Shown piece by piece: positions 16,717-26,166 of a stretch of DNA of 32,000 nucleotides. How positions within the stretch are numbered: position 1 is the first letter of the stretch; the number at the start of each line of letters is the position of its first letter. Position numbers and translations under genes: made by a program. Where the stretch lies: contig NZ_KK211324.1 of the NCBI RefSeq assembly GCF_000621645.1, positions 28,921-60,920 on the forward strand, given 5' to 3'. This DNA comes from Vibrio cholerae ATCC 14035 (lineage in GTDB: Bacteria > Pseudomonadota > Gammaproteobacteria > Enterobacterales > Vibrionaceae). The notes beneath the pieces were generated by a model. The model did no database searches and had not been told where the DNA came from. It worked only from the letters and a program-made list of their open reading frames with translations.

Positions 16717-17322
16717 ATGACCATTGAACAACGCTTACGAGCGATCAAAATTGTCCCTGTTATTGCGATTAATGATGTCGCCCACGCACTGCCACTGGCC
16801 AAAGTGCTGGTTGAAAACGGTTTGCCTTGTGCAGAAGTCACTTTCCGCACCGCTGCGGCCGCGGAATCGATTCGCATCATGCGTGAGGCGTATCCAGACC
16901 TGCTGATTGGCGCAGGCACTGTACTCACGACAGCGCAAGTGGATGAAGCGATTGCGGCGGGAGCTGATTTCATCGTGAGCCCGGGTCTGAACCCGACCAC
17001 AGTGAAATACTGCCAACAGCGCAATATCGCGATCATTCCGGGCGTCAACAACCCAAGTTTGGTGGAACAGGCCATGGAAATGGGTCTGCGTACCCTAAAG
17101 TTCTTCCCGGCCGAGCCATCTGGCGGCATTGCGATGCTGAAAGCGCTGAGCGCGGTGTACCCAGTGAGCTTTATGCCAACGGGGGGTATCAATCCAAACA
17201 ATGCGCAAGAGTATCTGGCGCTCAAATCGGTTGTCGCGTGTGGTGGCACTTGGATGGTACCAACTGACCTGATGGACAAAGGCGACTGGGACACCCTCGC
17301 CGAACTCGTACGCAACGTATAA
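16717..17322 (+). CDS. eda: KDPG / KHG aldolase
   Basis: 201 aa. It contains IVPVI...LPCAEVTFRT...GAGTVL...FIVSPG...LKFFPAE, characteristic of Eda. Confidence 0.93.
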   Translation: MTIEQRLRAIKIVPVIAINDVAHALPLAKVLVENGLPCAEVTFRTAAAAESIRIMREAYPDLLIGAGTVLTTAQVDEAIAAGADFIVSPGLNPTTVKYCQQRNIAIIPGVNNPSLVEQAMEMGLRTLKFFPAEPSGGIAMLKALSAVYPVSFMPTGGINPNNAQEYLALKSVVACGGTWMVPTDLMDKGDWDTLAELVRNV

Positions 17323-17348
17323 GCCTTTTCGGCTCGTTCCCCCACCAA

Positions 17349-17376
17349 AGACCAAACGCTCCGTTTGGTCTTTTTT
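17349..17376 (+). terminator. Rho-independent terminator after eda
   Basis: AGACCAAACG-ctc-CGTTTGGTCT is followed by TTTTT. Confidence 0.85.
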
Positions 17377-17450
17377 ATATTGCGCGTTAACTCGTTGAGC
17401 AGAATGAGATATCACCTACAAGGATGAAATGCACAAATAACACTTGAATC

Positions 17451-17469
17451 AATAATGAAAATTACTATC
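17451..17469. promoter_or_regulatory. Fur box upstream of the TonB-dependent receptor
   Basis: AATAATGAAAATTACTATC matches the consensus GATAATGATAATCATTATC at 15 of 19 positions. It lies 74-92 bp upstream of the start codon. Confidence 0.7.
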
Positions 17470-17508
17470 ATTTGTGATTCATTTTTGTGGCGAATGTTTG
17501 CCACTGAC

Positions 17509-17524
17509 ATTATTCGTCAATAAT
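17509..17524. promoter_or_regulatory. Second Fur-like inverted repeat
   Basis: ATTATT-cgtc-AATAAT is made of Fur-type hexamers. It lies 19-34 bp upstream of the start codon. Confidence 0.4.
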
Positions 17525-17542
17525 AAATAGAGTTAATCCTTC

Positions 17543-19585
17543 ATGTCCCATTTTACTCGCTCAAGAACCTGGGTCAGTCTGGCCGTTTTCGCCGCTTGTG
17601 CCCCCGCCCATGCCGAACAAGAAACCTTGGTCATCACCAGTCAACAAAGCCAACTGCCGGAAGTCGCCACCGCAACCCGCACCGCCACTCCGGCTAAACT
17701 GGTGCCGCAAACCATTGATTCACTTTCTGCGGAAGAGTTGACCGCGTTTGGCGCTCCCAGCCTAAGCGAAGCTTTAGCTGGGGTACCGGGGGTCAACGCC
17801 AACGGCGATACCCGTTTTGACGGCATCAATATTCGTGGATTTTCCGCCAGCAACGATTTTTATCTCGATGGTTTTCGTGATGATATGCAGTACACCCGCG
17901 ATCTCGGCAACATCGAGCGTATCGAAGTTCTCAAAGGCCCAGCGGCGGTGTTGTATGGCCGTGGTAGTACAGGGGGGATCGTCAACCGCGTCAGCAAAGT
18001 GCCACACGCAGGTGATGCCGCGAGCGTTTCTGCACGCATTGGCAGCCATGATTACCAACGCCTTGCCGCCGATCTCAATGGTGAGGTCAATCAGCAAGTA
18101 CAAGTTCGCCTCAATATTGCTCAAGAAGATTACGGCAGTTTCCGCCATGGCGTGGAAGGCAAACGCACTTTGCTTGCTCCGTCTCTGAACTGGGACATCA
18201 ATGATGATGTGAGCTGGCTTATCCAGTATGAGCAACACTCCCATAATCGCGTGCCAGATCGTGGTATTCCGGCGGTGAACGGCTCTCCTGCTGAGGTTCC
18301 TGCGAGCAGTGTTTACAGCGATACCAGCCGTGACTTTATTGATGATGATGTGGCCACCACGCGCTCACGCATTACTTGGGCATTCCACCCAGAATGGCAA
18401 CTGCGCCAACAACTGAGCTACACCAAGCTCGATAGTCAGTTTGATAACACTTACGTAGCTCGCGTCAGTGGCGACCAAGTCACGCGTCAACGCTTCCAAC
18501 AAGATCTGCAAGCCAACAACCTGATCAGCAATACCGAAACCGAAGGCACCTTCAATACGGGCCCGATTGCTCACCGAATTCTGATAGGTCTAGAGCAAGG
18601 CTGGCAAGAGCGCTCGCCGAAACTGTATCGCAACGCCAACAGCATCCCAAGTGGCAACCTGTACCAACCTGAGTCACTGCCGACCTACAACGGACCTATG
18701 TCAGTATTTAGTGATGCCACTCATAAAGTGCGGAGCTACGGTATTTATGTCCAAGATCAACTGCAATGGGGAGATTGGATTGTGTTGGCAGGTCTGCGTC
18801 ACGATGATTTCACCGTCACGACTCATCGCCACGATACCAACAAAGAAGAGACCATCTCATCCAACAGCTTAAGCCCACGTTTAGGTGTGGTATGGACACC
18901 TGTGCAAGAGCATGCGTTGTACGCTTCCTACTCACAAACCTATTCTCCGGTTGGTGGTGGCGTTATTGGCATTACGCCGGGAGACAAACATAACCACCTC
19001 GATCCTGAGCACTCACGTCTGTATGAAACTGGCGTCAAAAGCGATTGGCTAGAGGGACGCATCTCAACCACTTTATCCGTCTATCGCTTAGAAATGTATA
19101 ACCGCCGTATGCGTGATCCGAATGATCAGGAGCGTATTATTCTCACCGGATTACAACGTACCGATGGTATTGAGCTGAGCAGCCGTGCACTTCTCACCGA
19201 TGAATTTTCTCTGCGTGGCGGCATTGGTCTGCAAGATGCAAAATACGTCGAAGCTGATGCCAGTGAGCAAGGTAAACGCCCAACCAACGTATCGCGCCTC
19301 AATGGTGAGCTGTTTGTCGCTTATCAATCAGCAAGCGATGGTTGGTTTGGTGAGACCGGTTTTGTGGCGGTAGGCGATCGCTATGCCGATCGTACTAACA
19401 CCACCAAACTACCCGGTTATGCCCGTTTCGATGCGCGTCTCGGCTACCAATGGCAAGCTTGGCGCACTCAACTGAGCGTAGAAAACCTGCTCGATAAGGA
19501 TTACTACCTGAGTGCCACCAGCAGCACACAAATTCAGCCGGGTGCACCGCGTGAGTTCTACCTCACAGCGTCTTACCAGTTCTAA
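17543..19585 (+). CDS. TonB-dependent outer-membrane (siderophore-type) receptor
   Basis: 680 aa. It has a signal peptide ending in AHA, a TonB-box-like ETLVITS, plug-domain motifs (IRGF, IEVLKGPAAVLYGRGSTGGIVN) and a C-terminal beta-barrel ending in an aromatic residue (YQF). Confidence 0.9.
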   Translation: MSHFTRSRTWVSLAVFAACAPAHAEQETLVITSQQSQLPEVATATRTATPAKLVPQTIDSLSAEELTAFGAPSLSEALAGVPGVNANGDTRFDGINIRGFSASNDFYLDGFRDDMQYTRDLGNIERIEVLKGPAAVLYGRGSTGGIVNRVSKVPHAGDAASVSARIGSHDYQRLAADLNGEVNQQVQVRLNIAQEDYGSFRHGVEGKRTLLAPSLNWDINDDVSWLIQYEQHSHNRVPDRGIPAVNGSPAEVPASSVYSDTSRDFIDDDVATTRSRITWAFHPEWQLRQQLSYTKLDSQFDNTYVARVSGDQVTRQRFQQDLQANNLISNTETEGTFNTGPIAHRILIGLEQGWQERSPKLYRNANSIPSGNLYQPESLPTYNGPMSVFSDATHKVRSYGIYVQDQLQWGDWIVLAGLRHDDFTVTTHRHDTNKEETISSNSLSPRLGVVWTPVQEHALYASYSQTYSPVGGGVIGITPGDKHNHLDPEHSRLYETGVKSDWLEGRISTTLSVYRLEMYNRRMRDPNDQERIILTGLQRTDGIELSSRALLTDEFSLRGGIGLQDAKYVEADASEQGKRPTNVSRLNGELFVAYQSASDGWFGETGFVAVGDRYADRTNTTKLPGYARFDARLGYQWQAWRTQLSVENLLDKDYYLSATSSTQIQPGAPREFYLTASYQF

Positions 19586-19665
19586 ACGATTGATCCCCAT
19601 TTGGCATGCAGCGGCAAGTCAAAGGGGATAACCACAGGAGAGCTGGCCTAACGGCCAGCTTGATT

Positions 19666-20283
19666 ATGCAACGTCGACGCCTGCCTCTACACAACAATAA
19701 ATGGATCCGCCGCCTTCATGCATGGTGCGGCTTCTTTACCCTACTCTTAATGCTGTTGTATGGCCTCACTGGCCTTTGGTTATCTCACCGCGCTGTCTGG
19801 CCACTGCCCGGGCCACACACCAGCAAAAGTGAATGGCAACTCTCGCTCACTGAACCCATCGATTCAGTCAGCACTTTTCAAGCGCAGCTCAATACCGAAT
19901 ATGGCGAACATGAGTGGACGATACGCGAAATCGCCGCGCAGCAGTTGCCCACGCCACAACAGCCGTTATTGATCCCAGCCCGCTGGGAAGCGCGCGCCAC
20001 CAGCGTGACCGATACCTTTAGCGCCCAATACGTGCCCGGTACCTTAGTCATTCAAGCTCAGCATCAAAAAGCCAACTGGGCCGCTGTGCTTAACCGCTTG
20101 CATCGCGGAATGGGAACGGGTCTTGGCTGGCAGTTGTTTTCCGACCTTGCGGCGGTTGCCATGCTCCTGCTTGCCCTGACCAGTTTACTGATGTGGACCA
20201 AACTCCACGGCTCCCCGAAACGAGCAGGATGGCTATTGATAGGTGGCAGTGTCGCGACCACACTGTTCGCTATCTTTGGTTAA
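19666..20283 (+). CDS. PepSY-associated transmembrane protein, partner of the receptor
   Basis: The ORF track begins at 19606. I prefer the ATG at 19666 (MQRRRLPLHNNKWIRRLHAWCGFFTLLLML...) because a perfect 8-bp hairpin at 19641-19660 occupies the upstream part. The product has terminal TM helices and the LNRLHRG motif typical of PepSY-TM proteins. Confidence 0.65.
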   Translation: MQRRRLPLHNNKWIRRLHAWCGFFTLLLMLLYGLTGLWLSHRAVWPLPGPHTSKSEWQLSLTEPIDSVSTFQAQLNTEYGEHEWTIREIAAQQLPTPQQPLLIPARWEARATSVTDTFSAQYVPGTLVIQAQHQKANWAAVLNRLHRGMGTGLGWQLFSDLAAVAMLLLALTSLLMWTKLHGSPKRAGWLLIGGSVATTLFAIFG

Positions 20284-20332
20284 TTGACTCCCCACGCGGC
20301 GACCTCGTCGCACCCGACAATCTAACCACACA

Positions 20333-20360
20333 GGTTGCAGCCCACGTCGCTGCAACCTTT
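20333..20360 (+). terminator. Terminator-like hairpin after the PepSY gene
   Basis: GGTTGCAGC-ccacgtc-GCTGCAACC forms a 9-bp stem, but the T-run after it is only TTT. Confidence 0.55.
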
Positions 20361-20549
20361 GGTGACGCTGGCGCTCACTGATTGCGCGCTTTCACATTTC
20401 TGCTGCGGACTTGAAGCGAAATTCGACATCGTGCACAACTTCACCACTTTGCCTCTTTAGTCGCATTTACCGCTCTGAAAACAATCTGTTACAGTCTTGC
20501 GTACCATGAAATATTCATCATGCGTGTCATATCTCAAGGAGTGATGTTT

Positions 20550-22190
20550 ATGACTTCCGTTAGCCTGCGCTACCTCTCAATCCGTAATCGCTTATTTCTG
20601 CTCACTGTGGTGATTCTGGTACTGCTGGCGATACCGTTTGCCATTATGGTCAAAGATTATCGACAAGATCTGATGCAAGAAAAGCAAGTTCAAACTCAGC
20701 ATTTAGTCGAAAGTGCTTACACACTGCTTGAGCACTATGCTCAGCAAGCTACCCAAGGCACACTCACGACCGAACAAGCGCAAAACACGGCAAAACAAGC
20801 GATAGCTCAATTGCGTTATGGCGCGAACGACTACTTCTGGATTAATGATGCGCAGCCTGCCATGGTGATGCATCCGATGAAACCGGATTTGAATGGCAAA
20901 GATCTGCGCAGCTTTAAAGACCCGAACGGCAAAGCTTTATTCGTCGAAATGGTCAATATCACCCAAAGAAATCAGCAAGGTGTGGTCGAGTATCAGTGGC
21001 CTAAACCGGGTGCCGAGCAACCTGTCGATAAAGTCTCTTACGTCAAACTGTTTAAACCTTGGGGCTGGATTATCGGCACGGGCATCTACGTCGATGATGT
21101 GAATGCGCTGGTGATGCAGCGCCTGAGCTCAATATTGGTTTGGGTTGTGGGCACGCTGCTGGTCTTGATTACGCTTGCCAGCTTGATTGGGCGCAGCATC
21201 ACTCAACCTTGCGAAGAGACACTCGCAACGCTGAAAAATATCGCCCAAGGTGAAGGGGATCTTACTCGCCAATTAACCGTGACGGGAAAAGATGAACTGG
21301 CACAAATCGCGCAAGCCTTTAACCTGTTCACCAATAAAATTCGACATATTATTCAAGAAATTACTCCAATCACCGAGAGCGTGACGGGCTCTGCCGATGA
21401 ACTGACTCAAGTAGCGCAAAGTGCATCCAGCAAAGCGTATGACCAGCACCAAGCGGTGGATACCGTCGCTTCCGCCATGAATCAGTTGCATGCGTCCAAT
21501 CAAGAAGTCGCGCAATCTGCCCATCAGGCTGAACAAGCGGCGCACAGTGCCAATCAAGCGGCCAGCCAAGGGCGCGAAATGATCACACTCACCTCGACTC
21601 AAATGCAGAGCTTGCGCGATCAATTGACCCGTACCGAACAAGAAACTCAAGTGCTGGCCAGTGAAACGCAATCGGTCAGTGCGGTCTTGGAAGTGATCCG
21701 TGGTGTGGCCGAGCAGACTAACTTACTGGCACTGAATGCGGCGATTGAAGCGGCGCGTGCTGGTGAGCAAGGCCGCGGCTTTGCTGTGGTCGCCGATGAA
21801 GTGCGCACCCTCGCCACTCGCACCCAAGCCAGCACCAATGAGATTGAGCAAATCATTGCTCAGTTACAGAAAAAAGCGCAGAGCGTCAGCCAATCCATGA
21901 CGCAAACCCAGCAGCAATCACGGGTGACGCAACAGCAAGCCGAGCAAGCGCAGCAGATGCTCAATGAGATTGAAGCGCAGATCAAAACCATCTTGTCCTT
22001 CAACCAACATATCGCAGGCGCGAGCGCCCAGCAATCCGAGGCTACCGACGAAATTACCCGTAACCTCACCCAGATTGCCGAGCACAGCACCCAAGCCTCA
22101 GCTCAAGCTAACCAAGTGGCAGCCGCCAGTGAACAGTTGATGGAAAATGGCCAGCATCTGGCTCGCAGCTTAGCGGTGTTTAAAATCTGA
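20550..22190 (+). CDS. Methyl-accepting chemotaxis protein with a single-Cache periplasmic sensor
   Basis: The sensor region reads [25 protein letters not shown]...YQWPKPG. HAMP and the conserved MCP signalling hairpin ([32 protein letters not shown]) follow. I chose the ATG at 20550 because it lies 8 nt after AAGGAG. The ORF track begins at 20520. Confidence 0.92.
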   Translation: MTSVSLRYLSIRNRLFLLTVVILVLLAIPFAIMVKDYRQDLMQEKQVQTQHLVESAYTLLEHYAQQATQGTLTTEQAQNTAKQAIAQLRYGANDYFWINDAQPAMVMHPMKPDLNGKDLRSFKDPNGKALFVEMVNITQRNQQGVVEYQWPKPGAEQPVDKVSYVKLFKPWGWIIGTGIYVDDVNALVMQRLSSILVWVVGTLLVLITLASLIGRSITQPCEETLATLKNIAQGEGDLTRQLTVTGKDELAQIAQAFNLFTNKIRHIIQEITPITESVTGSADELTQVAQSASSKAYDQHQAVDTVASAMNQLHASNQEVAQSAHQAEQAAHSANQAASQGREMITLTSTQMQSLRDQLTRTEQETQVLASETQSVSAVLEVIRGVAEQTNLLALNAAIEAARAGEQGRGFAVVADEVRTLATRTQASTNEIEQIIAQLQKKAQSVSQSMTQTQQQSRVTQQQAEQAQQMLNEIEAQIKTILSFNQHIAGASAQQSEATDEITRNLTQIAEHSTQASAQANQVAAASEQLMENGQHLARSLAVFKI

Positions 22191-22225
22191 TCCCGCGACC
22201 ACGCTTTTCAGCCTAGATTGAGTCA

Positions 22226-22255
22226 TAAAAAAGAGAGAGCCGTTCGGCTCTCTCT
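22226..22255 (-). terminator. cadA terminator, with a hairpin shared with the convergent MCP gene
   Basis: AGAGAGAGCC-gttc-GGCTCTCTCT forms a 10-bp stem. On the minus strand it is followed by TTTTTT. Confidence 0.85.
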
Positions 22256-22307
22256 GTGTATCAGCGTCCATTGGGGAATTACGCTGTCTTTATGGGGTAA
22301 AGCTGGC

Positions 22308-24443
22308 TTAGTCCTTCAGCACTTTTACGGTGTAAGAGCCATCTTTTTGGCGATACAAACCATGAATGTCTGTCTCAAATCCTGGGTAATGCGCGCCGAT
22401 TTCACACAGCATTTCCAAGAAATCCAACACAGGGCGAGAGCTGTCTGTCACCATTTCACCTGGCAGTACCAATGGCACGCCTGGAGGATAAGGCAGGATC
22501 ATATTGGCGCTCACGCGACCCACCATCTCGTTAAGCAGGATCTCTTCGGTTTGACCGCGCAGCTCTTGTTGCCATGCCACGTGTGGCGTCACTTTCATCT
22601 CTGGCAGCACATCGAACGCTTTGTACATCAGCTCTGGCAGTTGGTATTTACGGGTTAAATCGTGAATGCCTTGCGCCAACTCTTGAATACGCATGCCTTC
22701 GTAGAAAGCTGGGTCTTCACGGTACAGTGAAGGCAGCATGGTACGAATGGTCAGGTTCAGATCGTAACCGCGTTTGAACTCAGTCAGGCCACGCAGCAAC
22801 TGCATTGCTTTTGACTTATCAATACCGATAGAGAACAGGAACAGTAGGTTGTAAGGGCCGGTTTTCTCAACCACGATGCCGTGTTCATCAAGGTATTTAG
22901 AGACCAGTGATGCCGGAATACCGCTCTGCTCCAATTCGCCATCTTTGCTCATTCCCGGAGTGAGCAGAGTGATTTTAATTGGATCAAGGTACATGTGGTT
23001 GTCATCAAGATTCTTGAAGCCGTGCCAATCTTGGTTTGGATCGAGTTTCCAGCACTCGGTGGTCTCAATATTCTCGGGTTGCCACACATCGAAGAACCAG
23101 CCTTCGCTCTCGCCTTTCAGACGTTTGATCTCTTTACGGAAGCGAATCGCACGATCAATCGAATCTTGCATCAACTTACGACCAGTGTTGCCACGCATCA
23201 TTGCAGCGGCAGTTTCCGTCGATGCCACAATGCCGTACTGTGGTGAGGTTGAGGTGTGCATCATAAAGGCTTCGTTGAACGACTCGCGGTCAAACTCACC
23301 TTTGACATGAATCATCGAGGCTTGCGAGAACGCCGCCAGCAGTTTGTGCGTGGACTGCGTTTCGTAGAACACTTTACCCGGCATCGCTTCACCACTCATG
23401 CCGCACTTGCCTTCATAAATACGGTTGAAGTTAGTGTAAGGCACCCATGCACTGTCGAAGTGGATGTGTTTGCAATCCAACGACTCTTTGATGAACTGGG
23501 TGTTGTACAGCAGGCCATCGTAAGTCGAGTTGGTGATCACCGCGTAGCTTGGCGCGCTCGCCCCCGGAGTGTTTGCCACTTTCTCTGCAATCACTTCACG
23601 GCTGAATTCGCTCTGTGGAATACCACCGAGAATGCCGTAAGCGTTACGGGTTGGACGGAAGTAAATGGGGGTGACGTCCGTCATCATCATTAAGTGAGTC
23701 AATGATTTATGGCAGTTACGATCCACCAGCACTGTGCTACCCGCAGGCGCGGAGAACATACCGACGATCTTGTTCGAGGTCGATGTACCGTTGGTCACGA
23801 TGTAAGAGGCATCGGCATTGAACGTGCGTGCGATGTACTCTTCCGCTTCTTTGTGTGGGCCGGAGTGATCGAGCAGTGAACCCAGTTCTGGCATCGAAAT
23901 CGATACGTCCGCTTTGAAAGTATTTGGACCGTAGAAATCGTAGAAAATGCTGCCAACAGGGCTTTTCTGGAACGCAGTACCGCCCATATGGCCCGGAGTA
24001 CAGAAGGTGTATTTACCCTCTTCCACGTATTTGAACAGCGCCTTAGTAAACGGAGGCATGATCGCGTCTTTGTACTCTTGGGTCGCTTGGTTGATCTTGA
24101 TGGCGATATCGTCGGCCATGCCCAGAGCGTATTCGAAGAAATGCACGTTGAGGCGCAGGTCGGTTAGCGAAATATCTAATGTCGATTGCTCGTTAGCAAA
24201 GGCGTGCACTGGCAGTTTTTCATTGACTTTACTGATGCGCTCACACAGCTCTAGCGAGTATTTATCCCAGTCGAACAGCACGCCGCAAATGCGTGGGTTC
24301 ATCTCAATCATCTTGATCAGATCTTTGTCATCCACCGGATAAACCACGTCGTAACCGGCTTTTTCTAATGCTGCATGCAGTTGGCGAACAGGCTCTTCTT
24401 TAAAGAACACACCCATGTGGTTCAAGATAGCGAAAATATTCAT
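22308..24443 (-). CDS. cadA: Inducible lysine decarboxylase
   Basis: It is near-collinear with E. coli CadA from MNIFAILNHMGVFFKEEPVRQLH to YTVKVLKD. I trimmed the start from 24509 to the ATG at 24443, which is preceded by GGAGA. Confidence 0.97.
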   Translation of the reverse strand: MNIFAILNHMGVFFKEEPVRQLHAALEKAGYDVVYPVDDKDLIKMIEMNPRICGVLFDWDKYSLELCERISKVNEKLPVHAFANEQSTLDISLTDLRLNVHFFEYALGMADDIAIKINQATQEYKDAIMPPFTKALFKYVEEGKYTFCTPGHMGGTAFQKSPVGSIFYDFYGPNTFKADVSISMPELGSLLDHSGPHKEAEEYIARTFNADASYIVTNGTSTSNKIVGMFSAPAGSTVLVDRNCHKSLTHLMMMTDVTPIYFRPTRNAYGILGGIPQSEFSREVIAEKVANTPGASAPSYAVITNSTYDGLLYNTQFIKESLDCKHIHFDSAWVPYTNFNRIYEGKCGMSGEAMPGKVFYETQSTHKLLAAFSQASMIHVKGEFDRESFNEAFMMHTSTSPQYGIVASTETAAAMMRGNTGRKLMQDSIDRAIRFRKEIKRLKGESEGWFFDVWQPENIETTECWKLDPNQDWHGFKNLDDNHMYLDPIKITLLTPGMSKDGELEQSGIPASLVSKYLDEHGIVVEKTGPYNLLFLFSIGIDKSKAMQLLRGLTEFKRGYDLNLTIRTMLPSLYREDPAFYEGMRIQELAQGIHDLTRKYQLPELMYKAFDVLPEMKVTPHVAWQQELRGQTEEILLNEMVGRVSANMILPYPPGVPLVLPGEMVTDSSRPVLDFLEMLCEIGAHYPGFETDIHGLYRQKDGSYTVKVLKD

Positions 24444-24461
24444 TTGGACATCTCCAAGGCG

Positions 24462-24544
24462 AAAAAAGGCGCTCTCTGTGCACTGCACAGTGAGTAAGAC
24501 GAGCGCCATAGTGAATTCAGAAAGCTGGCGTGGCAGACGCCAGC
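24462..24544 (-). terminator. Two tandem terminator-like hairpins in the cadB-cadA spacer
   Basis: On the minus strand, GCTGGCG-tctgcca-CGCCAGC (24524-24544) is followed by TTTCTG. GGCGCTC...(inner palindrome TGTGCA-g-TGCACA)...GAGCGCC (24468-24507) is followed by TTTTTT (24462-24467). Confidence 0.6.
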
Positions 24545-24552
24545 AAGGTCAA

Positions 24553-25890
24553 TCAGAACTGAGCCGAAGCTTGTTGTGGATGAGTCTCGAGATATTTATC
24601 CAGACCCGCTTTTTTGCTGTAGAACATCAAAATAATCAGCGACATGATGAAGGTTGCAGTCAGGGTTGAACCCTCTGCACCGGCCAGCGCCACCATACAG
24701 AACAGGCTGGCAATACCGGAGAACAACATCACAAACGTATTGCGAGTGGTCATGCCTTCGAAGCGGATCAGGTTAATGCTGGAGTAGAAATAAGGCAGCA
24801 TGGTCAGCAGAACCGCATCGGTAGTCAGTTGGTTAAACAGATCGGAAGCGTGTGCAGTTTCTGAGCTGAAGAACATCAGTACCAGCATCAGCAGTGTCAT
24901 CATGCTGGAAGCAATCAGCAGACCTTTTTTCGGCACACCGTTGCGATCGGTTTCACCGAACACTTTCGGGAAGTTACCATCGTTAGCGGCACGTTTGCCC
25001 GCTTCGCCGACCAGCATCATCCAAGAGCCAAGTGACGTGAAACACGCTAGTGCAGTAAAGGCAGACACGAATGGCGCAGTCCAGCTACCAAACAGTGCCG
25101 TGGTCGCCAGTGCAAAAGGTGCACCGGATGCCGCCACTTCAGACGCAGGGAACATGCCGCTGATCATTTGAGTTGATAGCACATAGATAAGGCCCGCAAG
25201 ACCAGTACCTAACATGGTTGCCAGTGGCACCGTGCGTTTTGGGTTTTCGACCATACCGGAAGAAACCGCCGCCGATTCGACACCCACGAAAGACCACAGA
25301 CAAATCAGCACTGCGGTGATCACCGCATGGCCATCGCTACCGGCAGACACGTTCCAGTTTTGGCTGTAGAGCGCGCTGTCAAAGTGCGTCCAACCAAACA
25401 GAGCCGTACCGACTACAGGGATCAAAATCAGCACCAAACCAATGGTACATAAACGGCTTACCCAGCTACCACCAAGCAAGTTGACTAAGGTAAATAGCCA
25501 AACCGAAGCAATGGTCGCTAAACCAGCAGGGATCGGGTTATTCAGCACTGGGAAGAACACCGAAAGGTAAGAAACTCCGGTAATCGCAATCGCCAAATTA
25601 CCAATCCAGTTAGCGTGGTAGTAAAGCACGCCCGTTTGGAAACCAAACACCGGTGACACTTCCCCTGCATAAGCAATCGGGCCACCCTCTTGCGGGTTTT
25701 TGGTTGCCAAACGAGCAAACACAAACGCCAAACTGAGTGCGCCAACAATGCAGATCAGCCAGCTATAAATGGAAATTGAACCTACGCTCGCTAGCGTAGA
25801 AGGAAGCAGCGCAATACCACTGCCCATCATGTTGCCAGCCACCACACCCGTACAGGCGATCAGGCCGATTTTTTTTGCATTTGATGACAT
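24553..25890 (-). CDS. cadB: Lysine/cadaverine antiporter
   Basis: 445 aa. MSSNAKKIGLIACTGVVAGNMMGSGIALLP is almost identical to the E. coli CadB N-terminus. Confidence 0.97.
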   Translation of the reverse strand: MSSNAKKIGLIACTGVVAGNMMGSGIALLPSTLASVGSISIYSWLICIVGALSLAFVFARLATKNPQEGGPIAYAGEVSPVFGFQTGVLYYHANWIGNLAIAITGVSYLSVFFPVLNNPIPAGLATIASVWLFTLVNLLGGSWVSRLCTIGLVLILIPVVGTALFGWTHFDSALYSQNWNVSAGSDGHAVITAVLICLWSFVGVESAAVSSGMVENPKRTVPLATMLGTGLAGLIYVLSTQMISGMFPASEVAASGAPFALATTALFGSWTAPFVSAFTALACFTSLGSWMMLVGEAGKRAANDGNFPKVFGETDRNGVPKKGLLIASSMMTLLMLVLMFFSSETAHASDLFNQLTTDAVLLTMLPYFYSSINLIRFEGMTTRNTFVMLFSGIASLFCMVALAGAEGSTLTATFIMSLIILMFYSKKAGLDKYLETHPQQASAQF

Positions 25891-26132
25891 AACATCTCCA
25901 AATCGATTCTACTTAAGTTACAAAACTCAAACTGAATGGGTTAGCGAGATGTCATGAGTGCAATCACCTGCGCTACCTCGCTAAATTTCGAAGTGCAGAG
26001 TACGCCCAAAAAAACGAAAAAAAATAAACTTCCGCTTATCAATAAAATGATGAGCCAAGCATGAGTTTCTTGATATCAACCTGATAAACACCACCAATAA
26101 AACTCTTTATTTTCATACAGTTAATAAAAAAC

Positions 26133-26166
26133 CTAAAAATATCAGGAGAGACAACTAAAAATATCA
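26133..26166. repeat. Perfect 12-bp direct repeat CTAAAAATATCA, two copies, upstream of cadB
   Basis: The copies lie at 26133-26144 and 26155-26166, a 22-bp period. They sit in the AT-rich cadB upstream region, about 245-275 bp from the cadB start codon. Confidence 0.7.

Noticed and set aside
15282-17348. Long minus-strand ORFs of 208, 95 and 375 aa antisense to gntP and eda.
   Set aside because: They lie fully inside well-supported plus-strand genes. They have Ala/Ser/Pro/Arg-rich low-complexity composition typical of antisense frames, and no recognisable motifs or ribosome-binding sites.
17641-22090. Assorted 60-156 aa ORFs antisense to, or nested in, the TonB receptor and MCP genes (for example 17774-18244, 21273-21671, 21860-22090).
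   Set aside because: They are embedded in strongly supported genes, have low-complexity or Cys/Arg-rich composition, and lack translation signals.
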